From Geosiphon pyriformis uo1 (taxonomy: Eukaryota; Fungi; Glomeromycota): 64,000 nt of DNA. Positions 12,825-25,551 of this stretch are shown piece by piece. Below the pieces are notes generated by a model. It saw nothing but the letters and a program-made list of their open reading frames with translations. It was not told the origin of the DNA and made no database searches. The position numbers and the translations under genes were made by a program. Position 1 is the first letter of the stretch, and each line of letters opens with the position of its first letter. The stretch spans positions 1 to 64,000 of the forward strand of contig JAAOMT010000441.1 in assembly GCA_016748015.1 (NCBI GenBank), given 5' to 3'.

Positions 12825-15160
12825 CTTTGATCCCTTCAAACGGGAATAAAAAAAGCTATCACGGGACCAACGAATCAAGAACATTAATGATCTACGGTTG
12901 TTTTTTATTTGGTTATCATTCTGGTAATGATAGCGAAGGCGGCGTGGATGAACTTTGGAAAAAATATTCTCCAATTGAACTTTTCAAACTTTTTATAACC
13001 TCTCTCTGTCTCTCTCTCTCTTTGCCGATGATTGATCACATCCACGACCATATCCTTCGTTGCTTTTCTCTTGTACATTTTTTTTGAATTTTTTTCTTTT
13101 TTGGTTTGGATCGTAAGAACCTTTTTTCGTCTAATGTCCCCGAGTTTTTATCTTTAAAATCTTGAAATCACACATTATTTTTTGATAAGATCTTATCAAA
13201 AAAACTCTTTTCACTGTCATGTTTGTCATCTCATTAAGGAACTACACGACGGTATAAGACTTATTTGTAACATATTTAATCTATAACCTTTATGTATTTT
13301 TCTATTTACTCCTACTATTTACAGATAGTACTTTTGTATACAGTTTCATTTTATTTGCTTCTTTATTATTTTATTCTGTTCATGTTCTTTGTTGCTGTTC
13401 TGGTTTTCTTTAATTTGTTCTGTTCTGGCTCTTCAAACATTTTGTATATTTTTTTTGCTCTTTTTCCATTCGATTGTCTAGTTTAGATTGAATGGTATTT
13501 ACTGCTGTCCTGTGATTGGATAATTTTTTCTTAGCTTTAAAGGGGAAAGGTTTTCTTTGAAATAGTAGCTGGGAAACACAAAGATTTTCAATGAGTATTA
13601 ATTCTTGATATAATGCATAAACAACACAATACACAAAAATCAATACGCATCCACATACCACAATCCTTGCATTTTAAAAAAAAACCCCCGATTTAATCAG
13701 TGAAAGAAAGAAAGAGAATTAAATTGAGTGGGTTGAAAAAGTGGATATAAATATTGTTGAAGATCAAAACGTGATTACTGTGATTTTGTTGAAAGATTAA
13801 AAAGATCCAATTCGAGAAAAATCAAATGGATGAAAATTATCTTAATACTTTATTATGGTATCTCTTTTAAGATTTTATACTATAGTATAATGTCGTTGAC
13901 TGGTATGACAATAAATTAGATAATTTTGTTCGCCAAAATGATAATCATTTCCCAACACAGTTTTTTTTTTTTTTTACTTAAATCTGTTACATCAAATCAG
14001 CCAGACGAAAAGTGAAAGGTTGGCAAAAAAAACCTTGTAATAAATAAAAATAAAATTGTTAATGTAGCCTTTTTCTCAACCATGTGTAACGAAAAAGAAT
14101 TATAATTTAAAAGTTTTTGATCATTATTAATATATATATATATTTTTTTCATTTTTAAAAAATAAAGGGTACACGAGGACACGTTATGATTTCTCGAGAA
14201 TGAAGTAAAAAACTGTAGTGAAACTTGAAAAAATAAAAAATAAAAAAACAAAAAAAACAAAAACAAAAACAAAAAAAAAACGAAAAGTATTAATAATCTT
14301 TTCTTTTTTCTTTTCAATTGACAATGAAAGGGGTCATACAAAAAATATAAATTTATGATTTACTTATTTAATATTTAAAATTTAACATTTAAAAAAACCT
14401 TTTTCATATTTTCAAAACGCCCATATAAACTTTGATAGGTTAAGCGTTTTATTTTTCGATGTTTTAACTTGTAGGTAGTTAGGTAGGTAGGTAGGTAGGT
14501 GGATGTAAGATAAGATTATTCGCTCGTACAACTGACGGGCTGGGTTAGATTTTACGAAAAAAAAAAAAGTATAAAACAAAATAACAAAATAAAATAGCAA
14601 AAGATAAAAATAAACGAGATAAAATAAAATAAACGAGATAAAATAATAAAATAAAATAAAATAAGAAAAAAATAAAATAAAATAAGATAAAAAGATCGAA
14701 TTATTTTTTTAACTTGATTTTAAGATTTTATTTTTTAAAAGGCGGTGAACCCTTAAATACTCCCATAAATGGAAAAAATGACGAGCGGTCAGATCCTGCT
14801 GGTCATAAGGAAATTCAATGACAATGTCGTGAAACAGGTAACGCGGGAATAATGGATAAATGATTGATTTTAAATAAATGAAAAATAAATCAATAATAAA
14901 TCCAATAATAAATCCAATAATAAATAATAATAAATAATAATAATAAAAATAGTAATAGTTTTTAAAAAAATTTAAATGATTTTGTTTTATTTCAATTAAA
15001 GAGAATTTTTTATTGATTTGATTAATTGATTTAATTGATCAATGAACCATTTCTTTAGGAAATTTTTAAATTTTAAAGTTCACATTTTTAGTTAAATGAA
15101 AAAATTTTTTTTTTTTTGATAATTTCACCTATATTACGTGGGAAACGGATGATGATGGCC

Positions 15161-15258
15161 TCACGGACTCTTTTACACGGACTCTTTTTCACGGACTCTT
15201 TTTCACAGACTCTTTTTCACAGACTCTTTTTCACAGACTCTTTTTCACGAACTCTTTT
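15161..15258. repeat. 14-bp minisatellite, 7 copies of tcac(g/a)gactctttt
   Basis: Seven contiguous 14-nt units read directly, with no spacers. Confidence 0.95.
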
Positions 15259-17799
15259 TTCTCTGTTTGTTAAAACATAATTGATGATTCAAATATTTTT
15301 AAGATTTTACGAATTTTTTTAATTTTCAAATCTATGAGAAAAAAATTGGAGTATTTTTTATTAAAGAATAAAAATTACAACCTCTTTTTGGAAATTTGAA
15401 AGATGATTTTCCAATTCTTGGTTTTGTGAATCATCTTAGATCCCTTTAAAAGAAATCGGTCAAAAAAAAAACCGATTAATATCACGAAAATCTTTTTTCA
15501 ATATTTGTTTTTTTGTTTATTTGTTTATTTGCCTCTTTCCCTTTTCTTTAAAAATGATAATTTGTCGCAATAGGCTAGCGTTGAAGATGATCAAATCCTC
15601 GGTAATTTTTAAACAAAACCATTTTGGATTTGTTGATATCTGCCATATTTCTGGAAAAAAAAAAAGTTCATCAATAGTGCTAATACTATTGGGAGCATGT
15701 GGCGTTAAAAAAATAAAAGCCACTCATAACAAGTATCCGAAATTTCAATTTTTTTACGTCAGAATCATGTTTTAAGAAGAAGCTTAACTAAACAAGTGGC
15801 CATTCGAGACTAATGGGAAATGTATTTCTTTTTCGGGCAGCATTAGTTTCAAATTATGATTGGTTATTGTTCTCATAAATTTCATTACATTGTGTCGTTT
15901 CCCAACGATCATTTCGAATCAAAAATTAAAATAAGAGTGATGTCACCGATACAGACAGAAGCCTAGCACTATAATGATCAAAAGCCGAATTTAAGATTTT
16001 AAGAATTGTTGATAATTAATTACCATTAATCCTAAAGCTTAGTATTACGAAACCTTTTTCTTTGTGTTTCCATTGTGTTTAATAGGTAATTTGTCACACA
16101 GACTCTAAAGTTTCCTGCAATAATTTAATTCAAAGTAAGTTTTTGACAACGATCCACATTCACACACAATCTGAGAGTCAGATGAGATTGTTGAATAAGC
16201 TTGAAATGTGAAAAACATCCCGGCAAGTAGACGTCATGAATTTGGTGATTATAGAATTTCGAGCCACTTTTTGATCATAACAATAATTTATAAGAAAATT
16301 TGATAAGAGTTTAAAAAGAAAGTTTTACTAGGATGGCTACACATGTGAAAATTGACTTTGAGAATTAATATCAGTTTTGATTATTCTTATTTTCTCAGAT
16401 TCTCAATTACAATGATAATAATAATAATAATAATAATAAATTTTTTTTTAAAATATATTCCGAAATGTCTGACAACGCGAATTTAGCACAAAATGATTGT
16501 GAAACATGAAAAAACAACGTTGACGTTAAAAGAAAATTCTCAGGAGTTGTAAATTTAAGGAGTCATGAATTTCGGAATTTCAAAATCTCTCTTTGATATT
16601 TTTTGCGACAATGAGATCAAGGGATGTCATAACTTAAAAGGTCCTTTTAATTAATTATACGGTCTTCTTTTTTTATCTTTGAAATGTGACTATTTCGTCA
16701 AACCACGTTGACCTAAAGCGGAATAAGTGATAATTATTATAAGTTCAAATCATGGATAGAAGGGGGTTTTAAAGGGGCTTTTTTAATTTTAGTGATTGTG
16801 ACAATTTGCATTGTGAAAAATAAGTTGAAAATCAAGTTAAAGTTGTTGGTATTATTATTCCATGAAGAAAATTCAACTAATAATAACAATAAAAGCATTG
16901 TTTTTTGGGCAAAAGATTAATTAAATTACATGTGATAAATGTGGAAATTTGAGATTGCATATGTTAAAAAATTTTAAAAATCTTAAAAAAATCGGTTTTA
17001 TCCTTTTTTCTAACGATTTTTAAAATATTATAATTGTCTCATAATTCTTGAAAGACATTGTGTTCAACCTAATTATTTGAGAAAAGGGTTTTGAAATAAT
17101 TATTTTAGCTTGCTAATGCAATTTGAAGCTATTCCTAGAGTTTTTCATTTTCATTTTCATTTTCTTATTATTCTATTAATTTTAATTTTAAGTTAGGTAA
17201 TTCTAAGATATACGCGAACAATATATTTTGGAATTAATTGATATGATTGATGTAGGAATAAATTATTAAATTTCCAAAGGTATTCGAAAATAGGAGAAAT
17301 TTTTGAAATTTTAAAAAAAATTTTTAATCAAAGCTAATATTTTTCATCAATTATTTTTTGAATGATTAAAGTACAAATTAAAAAATTATTTGTTTATTTG
17401 AATTTTTTATTAAGTTTTAAAAATATAACTTTCCAAGATTTTTTTGTTTAATTCAAGTAAAATAATACAGAAATTACCAATTATAATTTTATATAATAAA
17501 ATTATAATTGATAAAAATTTTAATATTTTTCATTAAAAATGGATTTTAATATGTGTTCATTTAATTTAATTTAATTTAATATATTTTAACATAATTATGT
17601 TTTTTTTTTTCATGAAATATCAAAATTTATAAATTTAATTTATATTTTCAAAAATTAAATTAAACAACCAAAAATTTATCATATTTTTAACTAGATTTTG
17701 TATTACAATATTTATATTTCGATTCTTTCTTTCTTTTTTAAATTGCATTATTTCAAAATTAAAAATATTGTTATTAAATTAAAAAATTCTTTTTCTAAT

Positions 17800-19086
17800 T
17801 ATCTTTTCAATTCTAAAAAATGCTTTTTTGTTTAAATATTTTCATTATTATCGGAAAATATTTTAAAATATACAATTAAACAATTTATAAATCAATAAAA
17901 TAAAATTTTTCAAACCTTAAAAACATTGATATTTTAATCAATTATCCATCTTGATATTTTATATTTAACACAAAAGTTAAGAAATTGAAAAATATACCGA
18001 TAATAAAATTGAAGTCATCAATCAATTGGTTTAGATCAATAATAAAATATTATAATATTTATCCATGTTTTTTTCTAATAAAATAATTATCTTTGATGAA
18101 TTTCTTAAAATTTGAAAATAAGTTTAAATTATATAAGAAAAAATAAAAAATTCATGTAATACTTGCTTATAAAGTTTTTAACTAACCTATTTTTCTTTGC
18201 AAAAAAGAATGCCAATATGGAGAATTTCCAAATAAGTTCAAAATATGCTGAGCTACTTATTTGTTTCAGCATTGCAATTTATTATATGCTAATATAATTA
18301 ATAATTAGATATCCAAAATTCTTTTCTATTAATAATGTGGTGGACACTGGGATTTTTATTATAACGATTTATCACTTTTTCGTGATTGACCAAATGTAAT
18401 AACAGATAGCAAGCTGAAAATAGAGAATATGGTGTCAAGTATTATTTTTTGCTTTAATCTTTATATCATATTCTACCAATCACATGTTTCAAGTTCAATC
18501 TTCCTTTGCTTATCACTGATTATTTTTCTTTTTTATCTGATCTGATTTGGAATTTGTGTATTTAGTAACTTATATATTCAATCTATTATTTGCTTTACCT
18601 GATTTAATGCTAATACTTTTATCATATATGTTTTTTGATTAAACTAATTTTGGCCATATTAACATATAATAATCTTTTATTTAAAGTCTTATCAATATCT
18701 CAATTTAAGAAAAAAGCTATATTATTTTCATCACCCAAAAATTATTACTTTTAATAAAATTTTAAAGAAATACATTTCTGACTATTATGTCATGTTTTAA
18801 CTTTTTAACATAAATAAATTCTATCTTTTTGGTTTTTAATTTTTTAAATTTATTTAATTGTTAAATTATATACAGTATGTTGCAAAAAAATTGGACAAAA
18901 AAAATAATTACTGTGTTTTATCTAATGTACCAAAAGATATAAATTATATATAGTTAGAAAGCTAAAAAGTACATAATTTTATTAAAAAAGTTAATGTAAT
19001 ATTTTTTTCTTCTTATTCACAATTATTACTTTATAATAGTGTTTTATTGATCTTATTAACTAAATTAGAGTAAATTAAAGAATATT
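17800..19086. repeat. Right arm of the inverted segmental duplication (partner 1-~1150; probably continues beyond 19086 with a partner outside the window)
   Basis: Reverse complement of the window start; carries an extra ~130 bp (~18190-18320) absent from the left arm. Confidence 0.85.
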
Positions 19087-20147
19087 TCACCACTTTTTTT
19101 TATAAACTTTTCTAATTTATTCCAATTTTTGGACATATACTTCTTTATATTCCTTTTCACAATAGCCCATAAGTTTTCAATAAGATTTAAGTTAAGACTA
19201 TTAGATGGCCAAACTATAATTTTAGGCATATTTTCTTAAAGAAAGGCTTTGGTTAAATGGCTTGTATGCTTTGAATTATTGTTTTGCTGAAACTGTTACT
19301 TATTTTTTAATATTCCTCTTATCTTAGGTAAATGTTTACGAATATTTTTATATAAAACTTAGCATTTATTATTTAGATAAAACAAAATAAACTTACCTTT
19401 TTTTTTTTATAAAAATCATTTTATGCCATAATTTTTGTTTGATTTTTTGGTATAGCATAAGTTAATTACTGGTCTTTATATTAATATTTTACTGTATTTT
19501 AAAATAAACAAAAAGCTGTTTCATCCGAAAAAACAGTTCTTTTTCAATTATCATTGAGATGTTTTTGAGTCTATTTTACATGATTTTCTTTGTGGAAATT
19601 AGTGAGCATTGAAGTTGCCAAAAACAAGTTTTTTTTATATCTATAATTAATTAAATGGGTTTTAATAGTACTAAGAGAAATGTTTACATTTTTTTTTGCT
19701 AATTTTATTTTTAAAGTTCTCAAAAATATTGAAGAATCTCAATAAAAATATTGTTCTAATATTTATAATATATCTTTTTTAATTTTTCATGGCTGACTAT
19801 TTCTATTTGTATGCTTTATCATTTCTGTTTTTTCGAGTTTTTTAAGAATATTATAGATAGTAGAGTGTGGTATATTTGTTTACTGTTTTATTTTAGTTGT
19901 ATCTTATATTCTTTCATTCCAAAAATATAATATGGTTTAACACTGTGTTTTTTGTTTAAAAGATAACATTGTGCAAGAAAATTTCTAAAAAAATTATTAG
20001 TAAAATGCATGATAAAATTTTATCATATTTAGCCACTTATCTTAGTATTTATTTCTTAATTCAACTGTCACAAACTAACTAAAATTGGTTAAACTGTATC
20101 AAGTTTTGTGATGTGTATTTTTGTCTAATTTTTTTTGCAATATACTA
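18873..20147 (-). mobile_element. Full-length but decayed Tc1/mariner DNA transposon
   Basis: TIRs cagtatgttgcaaaaaaattggacaaaa (from 18873) and ttttgtctaattttttttgcaatatacta (ending 20147), with TA on both sides. Confidence 0.9.
19070..19960 (-). pseudogene. Tc1-type DDE transposase pseudogene
   Basis: Minus-strand motifs VFSDETAF (~19510-19535), FQQNNNSKHTS (decayed QQDNDPKHTS) and WPSNSLNLNLIENLW (decayed WPSxSPDLNPIENLW), with many stops. Confidence 0.85.
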
Positions 20148-20854
20148 TATATGTTAATACTTTACTAAATATGATTTGTTCTTATTTACAATTAAGAAAT
20201 CTAAGATTTTAATTAAGTATTTTTTCAAAAAAATTTACATATGACTTAATTAAATAAATATTAAATATCCTGCAAATTAAATTATTAATGTGAATCATGC
20301 TCTGTGTACATGTGACTAGCCATCCGGACCAATCAGACTACACTATTCCAAAATTCATTTAATTTTCCAAACATAATATTTTTGACATTTCTAATGCTAT
20401 AACCATTTAAATTATGTTGAAGAACAACCGTCTATTTAATAGATTACATCAAAGGAAAATGAACCATTTTGGCCTTAAGTGATTTTTGGTTACTTGAATT
20501 ACTAATTTAGTTAAATATTAAAAATACATATAACGTATGTTCTAATGGGAATAAAGCTTTCAAAATGTGTTTATGTATAACATTGATAAGGAAACACTTT
20601 ACAGTTAATAACCTTCACAAACAAAAATAGCCACGTTTTAAATCTCCTCAACTAATGATAATTTTTTATATCTAAAAATATCTGTTTTAAACCATTTTAC
20701 AGTTATCATTATTAAAGTGCTTACTGATTTCGTCAATTTAATCAGAACTTGAATCCGTCGATTGGGTATATACAATCCATTAATCCATCATTGCTAACTT
20801 AATCAAACGCCAAATCCAACTCTAAAAAAAAAGCCCTTTATTTTAAAAGAGTTC

Positions 20855-23800
20855 TCAGATTAAATAATAATAAATTAAAAGCTTATCATTTTGAGAAATT
20901 ATAACACTTGGGATTTTTTGACTCTTATCATGGTTAGCAACTTGTATCTTTTTGTGATTAAGTCTTTTTTTAAGAACAAATTCATTTAAGTTGCAATTGT
21001 CGCGAGCAGCAATAACTCTGTTAAAATTCTTCTGCAGTGTCACGGCAATCTGGATTTTGATTCCAATTTTTTTCAATCATTTCCTGAATACATTGAGGTG
21101 TATACTTTTGGATTGGGAGGCACTTTCCCTGAATTGTATAAAATTGAATAGACCTAGGATCTTTAATACCATTCCAAGGTCTTTCTTCTGAAATAATTTC
21201 CCAGGAAATAATCGCACAACTATAAATATCGCTATATTTGGTGTGAGACGACAAGTTACAAATTTCAGGTGCTAAGTATCGAACAACACCAAAGATCTCG
21301 TTAGACTGTGGAGAGTAATTGGCAGGACGACAGAATCTTAAGTCAGCAATGACCACTTTTAAAGGAATTGATTTCAAAACAAGGATATTCTCAGGATGCA
21401 AGTCTCCATGCACCAGTCTTGAGACATGTATAAATCTTAGGCCACCAGTGATTTGAAAAAGAATACGAAGAAACATGTCCCAAGTAAGAGGGTCTTCGTT
21501 CATCTTGAGAAAGGTTCTAAAGTCTCCATGTTCCACAAATAGTAAAACCATAACAAATTCTTTGGTTGTAATGTCTTTTGTGATTCCATAACATTCAAGG
21601 ATATATTTGCAAGAGGCACAGGTAAGATGGGCAACAAACTATTTCAATGCGTTTTCTGGCATTAGAAAAAGAAAAAAATAGAAATAATAAAAATGGGAAC
21701 ATTTTGTTAAACGAAATTACCTCAATAGAATTGACATATTCTATGTTTTGGCTATTTTTAAGATATTTCAAAGCAACTCTGGTAATCCCATTTCGTTCAT
21801 ACTTTTGATTTTTCTTGTCCCAAAAAAGAATTCTCCCTCTCTTCTATCTCCCTTCTTTAATAATACCAAATCCTCCCGTTCCCAACTTTTCTAAAAATGT
21901 GATCTCATCGGAAGAAATCCATTCCAAACATGCCCTGCAGCTTTCAGCCTTCTGTGTAAGATTTATATATCCATTAATACTTGGATTTCCACTATCCCAT
22001 GTGTTCTGCATCTCTAAAAATCGTGATAATTCACAAGATTTACACCAAAGTGGATCTTTTAATGTGCGATTACATTCTGGACATTTCGGCATGCCAGCTT
22101 TAAATATATTGTCATCACTTTCGTCATTATCACAAAATGGACATATAGGAGATCCAGCAATGATTATGCCCAAATTTTCACATTTAAGACACTTGAATTC
22201 ATCTGAAAGCTGATCAGGAAAAGCTTCAAAATCCAGAAATTCTCTTTTAGAATTATCCGAATTTTTTAAACCTCGAATAAGAAATTGCAAAATGAAATGT
22301 TCAAGGTCATTTTAATCATTTAAACCAGAAAAATCATTTCGATAACTTAAATTATTTGTGTCTGCTGCTTTTAAATAGAGATCAAATGCTTTTTCCAGAT
22401 TTTTTGTCGTTCCCCATCCATTTTGATAACACCATTCAAGGTTGTATTGTGCATTTATATTTCCCGCCTCTACGGCTTTTAAGTGGAATTCAAATGTTTT
22501 TTCTAGATTTTTCGTTGTTCCCCATCTATTTCGATAATACGTTTTCCTATTAGTTTGTGGACTCGGATTTCCAACATCTTGCAGATCTTCTGTTGCTTCC
22601 AATTTATTTTGATAATAAAGTGCAAGCCAATATTGTGAATTTAAATCTCCCGCCTCTGCTGCTTTTGAAAAATGGTCAAATGCTTTTTCTGAATCTCTTG
22701 TTGTTCCCCATCCATTATCATAACGAAGTCTAAGATTGTGTTGCGCCGTTGTATGTCCCGCCTCTGCTGTTTTTGAATAAAGTTCAAATGGTTTTCCTAA
22801 ATTTTTTGTTGTTCCACTTCCATTTAGATAACCATTCTCAAGGTTGAATTGTGCCATTGTATGTCCCGCCTCTGCTGCTTTTGAATAAATTTCAAATGCT
22901 TTTTCTGAATTTTTCGTTGTTCCCCATCTATTTCGATAATACATTTTTCTATTAGTTTGTGGACTCGGATTTCCAACATCTTGCAGATCTTCTGTTGCTT
23001 CCAATTTATTTTGATAATAAAGTGCAAGCCAATATTGTGAATTTAAATCTCCCGCCTCTGCTGCTTTTGAAAAATGGTCAAATGCTTTTTCTGAATCTCT
23101 TGTTGTTCCCCATCCATTATCATAACAAAGTCTAAGATTGTGTTGCGCCATTGTATGTCCCACCTCTGCTGCTTTTGAATAAAGTTCAAATGGTTTTCCT
23201 AAATTTTTTGTTATCCCACTTCCATTAAGATAACCATTCCCAAGATTGTATTGTGCGTCTATATGTCCCGCCTCTGCTGCTTTTGAATAAAGTTCAAATG
23301 CTTTTTCTAAATTTTTTGTTGTTCCTCATCCATTTGAATAACAAAATGCAAGATTTAATTGTGCCCTTATATGTCCCGCTTCTGCTGCTTTTGAATAAAT
23401 TTCAAAATACTTTTTCTGAATTTTTCGTTGTTCCCCATCCATTGAATAACAAAATGCAAGATTTAATTGTGCCATTGTATGTCCCGCCTCTGCTGCTTTT
23501 TCTGAATCTCTTGTTGTTCCCCATCCATTTGAATAACAAAGTGCAAGATTGTATTGTGTCATTATATGTCCCGTCTCTGCTGCTTTTGAAGAAAGTTCAA
23601 ATGCTTTTTCTAAATTTTTCGTTGTTTCACTTCCATTTAGATAATCATTCCCAAGGTTGAATTGTGCCATTGTATGTCCCACCTCTGCTGCTTTTGAATA
23701 AATTTCAAATGCTTTTTCTGAATTTTTTGTTGTTCCCCATCCATTTCGATAATACGTTTTCCTATTAGTTTGTGGACTCGGATTTCCAACATCTTGCAGA

Positions 23801-25551
23801 TTTTTCGTTGCTTCCAATTTATTTCGATAATAAAGTGCAAGCCAATATTGTGAATTTAAATCTCCCGCCTCTGCTGCTTTTGAAAAATGGTCAAATGCTT
23901 TTTCTGAATCTCTTGTTGTTCCCCATTCATTATCATAACAAAGTCTAAGATTGTGTTGCGCCGTTGTATGTCCCGCCTCTGCTGTTTTTGAATAAAGTTC
24001 AAATGGTTTTTCTAAATTTTTTGTTGTACCACTTCCATTAAGATAACCATTCCCAAGATTGTATTGTGTGTGTATATGTCCCGCCTCTGCTGCTTTTGAA
24101 GAAAGTTCAAATGATTTTCTGAATTTTTCATTGTTCCCATCCATTATCATAACAAAGTGCAAGATTGTATTTTGCGTCTAAATGTCCTGTCTCTGCTGCT
24201 TTTGAATAAAGTTCGAATGATTTTTCTGAATTTTTTGTTGTTCCCCATCCATTATCATAATAAAGTGCAAGATTATATTTTGCCTCTAAATGTCCCGCCT
24301 CTGCTGCTTTTGAATAAATTTCAAATTCTTTTTCTAAATTTTTCGTTGTTCCCCATCCATTATCATAACAATTTCCAAGATTGTATTGTGGGTCTAAATG
24401 TTCTGCCTCTAATGCTTTTTCTAAATTTTTTGTTGTTCTACTTCCATTATCATAACAAAGTGCAAGATTGTATTGTGGGTCTAAATGTTCTGCCTCTACT
24501 GCTTTTGAATAAAGTTCAAATGGTTTTTCTAAATTTTTCGTTGTTCCACTTCCATTTAGATAACCATTCCCAAGGTTGAATTGTGCCATTGTATGTCCCA
24601 CCTCTGCTGCTTTTGAACAATGTTCAAATGATTTTTCTGAATTTTTTGTTGTTCCCCATCCATTATCATAACAAAGTGCAAGATGGTATTGCGCCATTGT
24701 ATGTTCCGCCTTTGCTGCTTTTGAAAAAAGTTCAAATGCTTTTTTCTGAATTTTTCTTTATTCCCTATCCATTTGAATAACAAAGTGCAAAATTGTATTG
24801 TGCCATTATATGTCCTGCTTCTGCTGCTTTTGAATAAAGTTTAATGCTTTTTCTGATTTTTCGTCGTTTCTTCTCTATTAGCATAACAAGCTGCAAGATT
24901 TCTATGTGCTTTTAAATCTCCAGCCCCTGCTGCTTTTGAATAAATCTCAAATGCTTTTTTCTCCTTTTTTGTCGTTCCTCTTCCATTAAAATAAAAAGTT
25001 CTGAGTTTGAGTTGTGCCATTGTATATCCTGCCTCTGCTGCTTTTGAATAAAGTTTGAATGCTTTTTTCTCATTTTTTGTTGTTCCCCTTCCATTTGAAT
25101 AGCAAAGTGCAAGACTGTATTGTGCCGTTGTATGTCCTGCATTTGCTGCTTTTGTATAAAGTTCAAATTCTTTTTCTCGATCTTGTGAAGTACCAATTCC
25201 ATTATTATAACAATAGCCTAAAAAGAATTTTCCAAAAGAATCTTTTGCATTCGCTGCTTTCTGAAATTCTAAAAAAGCTTTTGTTAAATTAGGAATAGTT
25301 CAAATCCCATGTTCTAAAGAAAAGCCGAGCAAGATATAGTCTATCAGGCGCTTTGAACTTTTATTGATCAAGCAATTGAATAAGTCTTCAGGTTTTTTCT
25401 GATTGTGCTCAAGATATTTTTTCACCAAGTCAGCAACTTTTGAATATTCACTAGCTGAAAAATTGGCCAAATTTTCTTTGATGACAATTAATGCTCCTTC
25501 AAGCCATTCGAGGGATGAAGTTGCGTTTTCAATTGATGAAGTTGAAGACAT
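20855..25551 (-). pseudogene. Sel1-repeat array fused to a C-terminal tyrosine-kinase-like protein kinase; disrupted
   Basis: Short N-terminal domain, then ~27 Sel1 repeats ([34 protein letters not shown]), a Cys-rich linker (CLKC, CPFC, CPEC, WCKSC) and a kinase (GTGGFG, VALK, HGDLHPENIL, ADLRFC, YLAPE, SDIYS) with one intron (~21640-21720). In-frame stops at 25300 (HGI*T), 22312 and 21844 (GR*KRG, probably from TGG), plus several frameshifts. The 3' end is approximate. Confidence 0.88.
22340..25330 (-). repeat. Tandem ~108-bp Sel1 coding repeats with a 402-bp higher-order unit
   Basis: The marker ggactcggatttccaacatc (LQDVGNPSPQTNRK) recurs at ~22559, 22961 and 23774. Confidence 0.9.

Noticed and set aside
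15161-15258. CRISPR-like or operator array
   Set aside because: Contiguous 14-bp units without spacers, eukaryotic context and no cas genes: an ordinary minisatellite.
22356-25292. Plus-strand and off-frame repetitive ORFs over the Sel1 array
   Set aside because: Shadow frames of the minus-strand repeat gene.
22340-25330. CRISPR or diversity-generating-retroelement repeats
   Set aside because: The periodicity is the 36-aa Sel1 coding repeat. There is no adenine-specific TR/VR pattern, and the nearby RTs are of Gypsy and LINE type.
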